DNA of 64,000 nucleotides, from the NCBI GenBank assembly GCA_937988745.1, contig CALKAR010000207.1, forward strand, positions 3,394-67,393, in the 5' to 3' direction. The notes under the pieces are model-generated. The model was not told the origin of the DNA. It saw nothing but the letters and a program-made list of their open reading frames with translations, and did not search any database. Positions 57,893-64,000 of the stretch are shown here, one piece after another. Source of the stretch: an uncultured Peptococcaceae bacterium. GTDB taxonomy: Bacteria; Bacillota; Limnochordia; Darwinibacteriales; Darwinibacteriaceae. Both the position numbers and the translations under genes were made by a program. The first letter of the stretch is position 1, and each line of letters opens with the position of its first letter.

Positions 57893-58573
57893 CTAGCCCT
57901 CCAACACAAACTCAAACATGATAAGGGGCAGCACTGTAAAGAGAAGGTCATAAGCCCCTAGAAAGTAGACCCATCCCAAGGCACTTCTTCCCACTCCCAT
58001 AAGTGCTGAGTCTGAACAGCGCACCACCCCGATAAACAGAGGTATCAAGAGAGGAAACATCAATATCGGCAGCAGCATCCTAGCGTTCGGGATCTGAACG
58101 GTCATGGCCGACAGCATAGTGCCCACAGACGCCAATCCCCAACTGCCCAGCACAAGAGCAGTCAGGAGAAGCCCGATGTTCGCTCCCGAACAAGAAACAT
58201 CTGAAAAGATCCAAAGTACAGGCAGAATGATCAATTCAAGGACCAAGAGAACCGTGAAGTTGACCAGCGTCTTCGCAGTAAAGATTATACCTTTATCGCC
58301 CACGGCAATTAATAGTGCATCAATCGCACTGTTTTCGTTTTCGCGCGTAAACGAACGCTGTACCGCAAGTACTGCTGCAAAAAAGATTGTCACCCACAGT
58401 ACTGCCGGTAGAACCCGGCTCGTATCCACGTCTGTAAGCTGAAAAGCAAAGCTTGTGATAAATACAAGCATGATCCCAAAAACGACGGTGGAGAGAAAGT
58501 CATCGAGTTGGCGCAGTTCCTGCTTAAGATCTCTGAAGTATATAACCTTAGTTTTTTGCATGTATCTTCTCAT
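57893..58573 (-). CDS. ccmB: Haem exporter membrane protein CcmB
   Basis: It is a six-TM protein between ccmA and ccmC. Its start overlaps ccmA by 4 nt. Confidence 0.8.
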   Translation of the reverse strand: MRRYMQKTKVIYFRDLKQELRQLDDFLSTVVFGIMLVFITSFAFQLTDVDTSRVLPAVLWVTIFFAAVLAVQRSFTRENENSAIDALLIAVGDKGIIFTAKTLVNFTVLLVLELIILPVLWIFSDVSCSGANIGLLLTALVLGSWGLASVGTMLSAMTVQIPNARMLLPILMFPLLIPLFIGVVRCSDSALMGVGRSALGWVYFLGAYDLLFTVLPLIMFEFVLEG

Positions 58574-59202
58574 CGCGCACCTCTCCGGTTGACCTTACCT
58601 TCCGCTAATTCTAAATGTTCGTAGCGAAGGTCACCCAACAGATGAGGGTCATGGCTCACCACAATCTGTAAAGTTCTTGAGCGCAGCTCGCTCAAAACAC
58701 TGCGCAGCAGCTCCTGACCGCTGAAATCAAGTCCGGTGAAGGGTTCATCATACAAAATCAGCTTGGGCTCAATTAGAAGTGCCCGAGCCAGTACTAGTCT
58801 CTGCTGCATTCCTCGGGATAGAATCTTCGCACGCTCATGCCGGAATATCCAAAGGTCCATCAGCCGTAAGAGATTTTCAATGCGTCCTAAAGGCTTATCA
58901 TACAGCTCAGCAAAAAACTGCATGTTTTCCAGCACTGTTAGACTTTCGTACAGCATCGGCTCATGAGCCACATAACTGATAGACCCATGTTCAATACTGT
59001 AGGGGGATCCATTCCACAAAACCTGACCGCTGGTCGGTCTACTTAACCCCGCCAGTATGCGCAGCATTGTGGTCTTACCCCCGCCGTTTGCACCAGTCAC
59101 CACGATCAAATCACCAGTCGCAGCACTGAATGAAACGTCACGCAGAACCATACGGCTTCCCAATCTCTTTGAGAGGTTCAAGACTTCAAGCCGATCCGAC
59201 AT
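58570..59202 (-). CDS. ccmA: Haem ABC exporter ATP-binding protein CcmA
   Basis: Motifs are Walker A GANGGGKTT, the signature LSRGMQQR and Walker B LILYDEP. It overlaps the ccmF end by 17 nt. Confidence 0.9.
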   Translation of the reverse strand: MSDRLEVLNLSKRLGSRMVLRDVSFSAATGDLIVVTGANGGGKTTMLRILAGLSRPTSGQVLWNGSPYSIEHGSISYVAHEPMLYESLTVLENMQFFAELYDKPLGRIENLLRLMDLWIFRHERAKILSRGMQQRLVLARALLIEPKLILYDEPFTGLDFSGQELLRSVLSELRSRTLQIVVSHDPHLLGDLRYEHLELAEGKVNRRGAR

Positions 59203-61042
59203 TTTTATCCCCCTTTAAAAGGAGAAGTACACCAAGAAATACAACTGCGGCACCGGCCCAAATCCAGCTCACAAAAGCCAAACGTTTGATGTGAAGCTGT
59301 GCCGTTTGACCCTGCCACCCAGCCAAGTTGAGGTATAAATCTTCAAAAGGCGTGCTGAAGATCCCAACCTCTGTATAAGGCTGATCATCTGTTCCATAAA
59401 AGGTCTTGGAAGATACTAATGTGCCTGCCTTTTCTCCTCCCCGCATAATTTGGAGCGCCGTCTGCACGTTGTAGTAGTCTACACCCCACTGCACTTGAAG
59501 CCCGGGATATTCTAAAGCGTATCCGCCAAACTCGATGGTTTCACCTGGTTCTACCGTACGATAGACCTCCTCTACAAATATGGAAGAGCCAGTGATGCCA
59601 ATCAGCATAACGATTATGCCAATGTGGACCACAATACCACCTACCTGGCGCATCTTTGGCTGCCTGAGGAGGGCAATAGCTTGGCCTGCCAGAGCCCAAC
59701 CTGCCGCGGTAAAGCTGATGCTGCCTAATAGATGGCCGCCGCTGGCCCGATATGAAACCACACCCGCTGTGAGTCCTAGAAGAAATCTACCGATAAACCT
59801 ACGCCTTTCTACAGCAGGATAAGCACCCATCAGGAATACTAGGATGATAAAAAGCGGCACTGAAATGGCGTTGAAGAAACCTTCATCAAGGATCACTTCA
59901 CGTTTTAAGAAAGTGCGGGAGATTAAAGGGAACATCGTTCCCAGAAATACACCAGCAAAGATCAACATGAGGAGAATGATATTGACAAACAAGAACGCGG
60001 CTCTTCTTTGTCCATCTGCAGTGCGAGAAGCGGCTCCCAGAAGAACTCTCCGCCGGCTAATTCCGAGCCCAATAATGAAAATCGCCATGATGAGCAGCGC
60101 ACCGAGGAACACATTCCCCATTGTCTCATTAGAAAAGGCATGGACTGAATCAAGTACACCGCTGCGCGTTAGGTAGGTTCCAAAGATGGTCAGCAAGAAT
60201 GTGATTCCCGCCAGGCTGTAAGAGAGAAGTTCCTTTCCATAGAAATCATTTGGAACAAGCATTGCATGCAGGAACGCGGTAGCTGTCAGCCAAGGGAAGA
60301 GAGAGGCATTTTCCACCGGATCCCAAGCCCAATATCCACCCCATCCCAGTTCGTTATAGGCCCACCACCCTCCAGTGACGATGCCCAGTGTGAGCATGCC
60401 CCAGGCAAAAAGCGCCCAAGAGCGGCACTGCTTCATCCAAGTACCGTGTCCGGGGCTCCATATAAGCTCAGCAGCAGCTAAGGCAATCGGAATTAGACAA
60501 CCGCTGAAACCTAGGAAGAGAATGGGTGGATGGACGATCATCCCCACGCTCTGGAGCATGGGGTTAAGACCTGCCCCATCCCTAGGAATGGGATGAGTGG
60601 CCGCAAAAGGCTGAGACAAAAACAGCAGGATCACAGTGAACAGCACCCGCACTGTGTTGATCATTATATTGAGCTTAATATCCAAATGACCAGTCCGATA
60701 CTTTTTCGCTCCGTGTATATACCATAGAAACAGCGAAATAATCAGGTGCCACAGCAAGAGAGATCCTGCCTGGCCAGCCCAAAAAGCGCTGATTTTATAA
60801 ATAAGCGGCAGACTCCGCTGTGAAGAGCGAGCCACGTAAGCCAAACTGAAATTATCTGTCACGAACGCTATCATCAGAAGGCCTGCGGCAGCAGTGATGC
60901 TCCAAATAGAGACAAGGGACAACCATCGGCTCTGTCTCGATAGTACTTCTTTCTGCTTGTTGATGCCCCAAATGCCGAATAGGATTGCTCCAGAACCCGA
61001 AAAAAAGGTCAGCCACAGAAGGGCTGATCCAACGATGCTCAT
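59186..61042 (-). CDS. ccmF: Cytochrome c haem lyase subunit CcmF
   Basis: It is a 618-aa polytopic protein with the WWD motif WGGYWAWDPVENASLFPWL. Confidence 0.9.
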   Translation of the reverse strand: MSIVGSALLWLTFFSGSGAILFGIWGINKQKEVLSRQSRWLSLVSIWSITAAAGLLMIAFVTDNFSLAYVARSSQRSLPLIYKISAFWAGQAGSLLLWHLIISLFLWYIHGAKKYRTGHLDIKLNIMINTVRVLFTVILLFLSQPFAATHPIPRDGAGLNPMLQSVGMIVHPPILFLGFSGCLIPIALAAAELIWSPGHGTWMKQCRSWALFAWGMLTLGIVTGGWWAYNELGWGGYWAWDPVENASLFPWLTATAFLHAMLVPNDFYGKELLSYSLAGITFLLTIFGTYLTRSGVLDSVHAFSNETMGNVFLGALLIMAIFIIGLGISRRRVLLGAASRTADGQRRAAFLFVNIILLMLIFAGVFLGTMFPLISRTFLKREVILDEGFFNAISVPLFIILVFLMGAYPAVERRRFIGRFLLGLTAGVVSYRASGGHLLGSISFTAAGWALAGQAIALLRQPKMRQVGGIVVHIGIIVMLIGITGSSIFVEEVYRTVEPGETIEFGGYALEYPGLQVQWGVDYYNVQTALQIMRGGEKAGTLVSSKTFYGTDDQPYTEVGIFSTPFEDLYLNLAGWQGQTAQLHIKRLAFVSWIWAGAAVVFLGVLLLLKGDKNVGSA

Positions 61043-61045
61043 ACT

Positions 61046-61429
61046 CTATTCCCCTTCATATTTCGATGGACACTGCAGCATAAGCTTATTGGCGGAAAGG
61101 CCCGCCTCAGATAGAACACCTTCCAAAATGACCTCTTGAGCATGACTGAAGTTATCCGGTATCACACCCTGGTATCTGACGGGAAGTTCCGAATCCCCAT
61201 CAGACAGAGAGAAGCTCAGGAGGGGTTTTTGAGGGTCGTAGACTACAGTATCTTGGAGTACTTCACCCTTAATCCGGATTTTTTGACCATTCATTTGCAA
61301 CGAAGCTGCTTCTGAGATGGTGTAATAATAGACCGCCGCATTTTCAAGAGCCTGGAACGCCAAGAAACCGAGAAGCAGCATGGCACATACAGATGCGGCA
61401 ATAACTACAGGCTTCTTTCTCATCAGCAT
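61046..61429 (-). CDS. ccmE: Haem chaperone CcmE, variant with CxxxY (CPSKY) in place of HxxxY
   Basis: It has an N-terminal anchor, the OB-fold pattern IRIKGEV......YDP....L.F.L.D.......V.Y.G.IPD.F....EVILEG.L, and the C-terminal LMLQCPSKYEGE (codons 61058-61072). The start may be the third codon, ATG 61423, which has better RBS spacing. Confidence 0.85.
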   Translation of the reverse strand: MLMRKKPVVIAASVCAMLLLGFLAFQALENAAVYYYTISEAASLQMNGQKIRIKGEVLQDTVVYDPQKPLLSFSLSDGDSELPVRYQGVIPDNFSHAQEVILEGVLSEAGLSANKLMLQCPSKYEGE

Positions 61430-61461
61430 GACCCCCTATTGTCATGACGATAAACACGAGA

Positions 61462-61490
61462 GAGGAAAGTGCCTCAAAAGCACTTTCCTC
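61462..61490 (-). terminator. Intercistronic hairpin between the dihaem protein gene and ccmE (partial terminator or mRNA stabiliser)
   Basis: An 11-bp perfect stem pairs GAGGAAAGTGC with GCACTTTCCTC around a 7-nt loop. On the minus strand a weak U-tract, TCTCGTGTTTAT, follows. Confidence 0.45.
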
Positions 61491-61500
61491 AGCTCTATAA

Positions 61501-62247
61501 TTAATGACCCTCGTGGCAGGGCGCGCAGTCCATCTTGCCGATGGTGTCATCTGCGTAGCCGCCTACGTGACATTCGTAGCAAGCCTTTGTCTCTTCACTC
61601 ATGGCTATGGTTGGTACAAATGTACCAGCTAAAACTTCGTTCATGTAAAGAGCTGTCTGTGCTGCCACATCACCAGTGAGAGCTCCGCAGCGTGGTCCCC
61701 GCTGACTGGCTTTCAAGCCAGAAGCCTTAACCCAGCGAGAAATAGAAACATGACACAAGGGAGAATCCGCGACGCTCTGCACTTCAGCGTTGAGCGGCAG
61801 AGGAGTCTGAGAATACCAGCCCATGACTTCATTAATAATAGCTGTCGCCTGCTGACTGCGGCCAAATACAAGGCCAACCGCCGCGGCGGCACCGTTTAAT
61901 GCACCACAAAGAGAACCCCAACCGGCAACGCCAGCTTTGCCAAAGTTCATCATCTCAGCCGGGATGTAGCAGAAAGGTTCACCTAATTCGGTAGTAAGGG
62001 CCCGGAAAGCAGCCTCACAGCAGCCCTGACCTTCACCGAAGAACTGGACACCAAGTTCCCTCACCTTTTCTACGTCCAAAGGCTTGTCAAAATACTCAAC
62101 CCAAGGATACTCAGGAAGTTCACGTCCTGCTGCTCCTGCCTTAGGTGCTAAAACCCCTAATCCCGAGCTAGCCAAAGCCAAACCGGCAGCCGCTCCACCT
62201 GCACTTACCAAGAACTCACGACGACTGATACGCTTCTTGTTATCCAT
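61501..62247 (-). CDS. Twin-arginine-signal, C_GCAxxG_C_C-type Cys-rich protein with two C-terminal CXXCH haem c sites (split-Soret cytochrome c-like)
   Basis: The Tat signal is MDNKKRISRREFLVSAGGAAAGLALASSGLGVLAPKAGAA. The Cys motifs are GQGCCEAAF, SLCGALNGA, PLCHVS and PRCGALTGD. The last 30 residues carry CYECH and CAPCH. At 248 aa it is close to the roughly 247 residues I recall for the Desulfovibrio desulfuricans split-Soret cytochrome. Confidence 0.7.
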   Translation of the reverse strand: MDNKKRISRREFLVSAGGAAAGLALASSGLGVLAPKAGAAGRELPEYPWVEYFDKPLDVEKVRELGVQFFGEGQGCCEAAFRALTTELGEPFCYIPAEMMNFGKAGVAGWGSLCGALNGAAAAVGLVFGRSQQATAIINEVMGWYSQTPLPLNAEVQSVADSPLCHVSISRWVKASGLKASQRGPRCGALTGDVAAQTALYMNEVLAGTFVPTIAMSEETKACYECHVGGYADDTIGKMDCAPCHEGH

Positions 62248-62296
62248 GTAGACTGTCCCTCCTTAGATTTCGATCCCTGAAGCACTCTGCACAGAA

Positions 62297-63043
62297 CTAC
62301 TGCTTCTTATCCTTTTTTCTAACCACCACCTTTCCCAAGAGGATGCTGAGCTCATACAACAGGAGCATCGGCCCAGCCATCAGCGTTTGAGAAATCACAT
62401 CAGGTGGCGTAAAAATTGCTGCAGCAACAAAAACCCCAAGAATTATGAACCTGCGATAGCGAATCAGCGTCTGCGGCGTCAGGATGCCTGCCCAGCAGAG
62501 CAGAACTACCACTAACGGCATTTGAAAGACTACACCAAAAGGCAGAATAATTCCTAAAACAAAGGACACATAGCTGCCAATAGAAATGACAGGCTGCAGT
62601 GTTCCACTGCCAAAACTCATAAAAAAACGGTAAGCTATTGGGACAATCACCTGATAGGCAAAGACTACGCCCCCTGCAAACATCAGGGCTGCAAAAGGAA
62701 TGCCAACAAACAGTGCCCACTTTTCCACATCATTTAAAGCTGGTGTAACAAAACCCACCAACTGGTACAGGATTACAGGCGATGCTGCTGCCAATCCGAA
62801 GACAAGAGCCAATTTAAGGTGAACAAAAAAGGCCTCGCCTGGATACAAGTACACCAGCGGACCTGGAAGTTCTGCTATGTACGCTACTATCCGGTCAGAT
62901 AAATAAAAGCCAACTACCACGGCAATAGCAACAGCCAGCAGCGTAATAATGATTCTCCGCCGCAGCTCAGTAAGGTGTTCTACCAAAGTCATGTCAGACT
63001 GTTGGTTCGCTTTTCTGCGCAACCTCTGGAGCATATCCACCAA
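62297..63043 (-). CDS. tatC: Sec-independent translocase subunit TatC
   Basis: The sequence is MTLVEHLTELRRRII.. followed by six TM segments (..FLSPGL-like, ..TPPDVISQ..). The exact start is uncertain: GTG 63043, ATG 63034 or ATG 62992. Confidence 0.9.
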   Translation of the reverse strand: MVDMLQRLRRKANQQSDMTLVEHLTELRRRIIITLLAVAIAVVVGFYLSDRIVAYIAELPGPLVYLYPGEAFFVHLKLALVFGLAAASPVILYQLVGFVTPALNDVEKWALFVGIPFAALMFAGGVVFAYQVIVPIAYRFFMSFGSGTLQPVISIGSYVSFVLGIILPFGVVFQMPLVVVLLCWAGILTPQTLIRYRRFIILGVFVAAAIFTPPDVISQTLMAGPMLLLYELSILLGKVVVRKKDKKQ

Positions 63044-63064
63044 CCTATCAAGACTGCGTTATTG

Positions 63065-63241
63065 TTATTCCTTGTTAGAAGCTTCTGAAGGGGAATCATC
63101 TGTAATTCCCTTGGCGGCGTCTCTAAATTCCCTCATCGCATTACCCACCGCTTTACCCATTTCAGGCAGCTTCGATGGCCCGAAAACAAGCAGGGCGATG
63201 ATCAGGATAACGACTAATTCGCCAAATCCAATTCTACCCAA
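63065..63241 (-). CDS. tatA: Sec-independent translocase subunit TatA/E
   Basis: MGRIGFGELVVILIIALLVFGPSKLPEMGKAVGNAMREFRDA has the canonical TatA N-terminus. The start was moved from the track ATG 63277 to TTG 63241, 8 nt after GGGAGG. Confidence 0.85.
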   Translation of the reverse strand: MGRIGFGELVVILIIALLVFGPSKLPEMGKAVGNAMREFRDAAKGITDDSPSEASNKE

Positions 63242-63388
63242 CTGTATTTCCTCCCTTGTGATCGTTTTATCATTCACATATTAAATTACCACTAATTAAC
63301 ATGCAAGTCAAGGAAATGCCCAGCTGTTCTGATTTTTGCAGGGTTCTTTCTTTTTGCGGAGAACTTACCGAAAACAGGAGGGGATCAT

Positions 63389-64000
63389 TTGAAGCTGATT
63401 TCATGGAATGTCAACGGATTGCGGGCCTGTGTGAAGAAAGGTTTCCTCGATTTCTTTCATGAAATTGATGCGGACTTCTTCTGTGTACAGGAAACAAAGC
63501 TTCAGGAAGGCCAGATTGAGCTGGATCTACCTGGATATGAGCAGTACTGGAACTATGCGGAGAAGAAAGGCTATTCTGGAACAGCCATTTTCACAAAACA
63601 TCAGCCTCTTGCTGTTCAAATGGGGTTAGGAATCGCAGAACATGACCAAGAAGGGCGCGTCATCACTCTAGAATACGACTCCTTCTATTTGATGACTGTC
63701 TACACTCCCAACTCTCAGCGGGGTTTAGCAAGGCTTGATTATCGGATGCGCTGGGAAGATGATTTCCGAGCATTTCTAGTTGACCTCGCCAACGATAAGC
63801 CTGTTATCGTGTGCGGCGATCTGAATGTGGCTCACAAGGAAATCGACTTAAAAAATCCTGACACCAACAGGAAAAATGCAGGCTTTACTGATGAAGAGCG
63901 GCAGAAATTCACTGAGCTCTTAGAAGCAGGCTTTATAGATACCTTCCGCCACTTCTACCCCGACAAGACTGATGCCTATACTTGGTGGTCGTACTTCGCC
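63389..64000 (+). CDS. xth: Exodeoxyribonuclease III (Xth/ExoA), truncated by the right edge
   Basis: My translation from TTG 63389 (5 nt after CAGGAGGGG) is [20 protein letters not shown]......[10 protein letters not shown]......L...[18 protein letters not shown]....V..G.......EGRVITLE.....L..VYTPNSQ..L.RL.YR..WE..F......L...[20 protein letters not shown]....GFT.EER. Confidence 0.9.
   Translation, partial: MKLISWNVNGLRACVKKGFLDFFHEIDADFFCVQETKLQEGQIELDLPGYEQYWNYAEKKGYSGTAIFTKHQPLAVQMGLGIAEHDQEGRVITLEYDSFYLMTVYTPNSQRGLARLDYRMRWEDDFRAFLVDLANDKPVIVCGDLNVAHKEIDLKNPDTNRKNAGFTDEERQKFTELLEAGFIDTFRHFYPDKTDAYTWWSYFA

Overview
This 64 kb chromosomal window comes from an anaerobic, Bacillota-like bacterium (about 50% GC, GGAGG-type ribosome-binding sites, DegV, a YqjM-type old yellow enzyme, ResA/CcdA, and TatAC without TatB). 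I support about 61 protein-coding genes. I found no rRNA, tRNA, CRISPR array, transposase or integrase. From left to right the content is:
- A truncated FecCD iron-chelate permease with an AraC regulator.
- A secreted alpha/beta hydrolase, DegV and a tyrosine phenol-lyase-type beta-eliminating lyase.
- A GlpA-like FAD oxidoreductase, CcdA plus a TlpA/ResA thioredoxin, and MarR-FtsH-cardiolipin synthase.
- A long minus-strand run rich in oxidative and nitrosative stress genes: an OYE, an endonuclease/exonuclease/phosphatase (EEP) family protein, hybrid cluster protein, an EamA transporter, a TIM-barrel isomerase, an erythrin-like diiron protein, an FprA flavodiiron protein, an AI-2E transporter and an esterase.
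- An orphan 1413-aa double BcrAD/BadFG activase fusion.
- A LacI-controlled sugar ABC uptake operon with yjbQ.
- A signalling cluster: a dCache methyl-accepting chemotaxis protein (MCP), an SBP-PAS-GGDEF-HD-GYP protein and a DUF342/FapA protein.
- Rubrerythrin and an Mn-type SOD, then nanE, speE and speD.
- A lipase-like hydrolase, a zinc-ribbon membrane protein, and a divergent FtsA-like ATPase with a repetitive beta-grasp-like C-terminus.
- DUF1858 plus a nitroreductase, three extracytoplasmic flavoprotein genes (FMN_bind proteins and a flavocytochrome-c-type reductase), ldh, a small arginase-fold protein, a CHASE3 MCP and plsC.
- A Cof HAD hydrolase, a secreted PTP-like phosphatase and a NYN-domain protein.

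The most interesting locus is a single-strand module at 56.1-63.2 kb: tatA, tatC, a twin-arginine Cys-rich dihaem (split-Soret-like) protein, ccmE-F-A-B-C-D and a DUF4382 lipoprotein. Its CcmE carries CPSKY instead of the canonical HxxxY, and ccmH and ccmG are absent. This is the variant System I layout known from Desulfovibrio and archaea, here physically joined to a Tat translocase and an apparent Tat cargo. The window ends in a truncated exonuclease III gene.

Several start codons from the ORF track were moved to RBS-supported internal starts. Two genes missing from the track were added: the FecCD fragment and a 49-aa ccmD.
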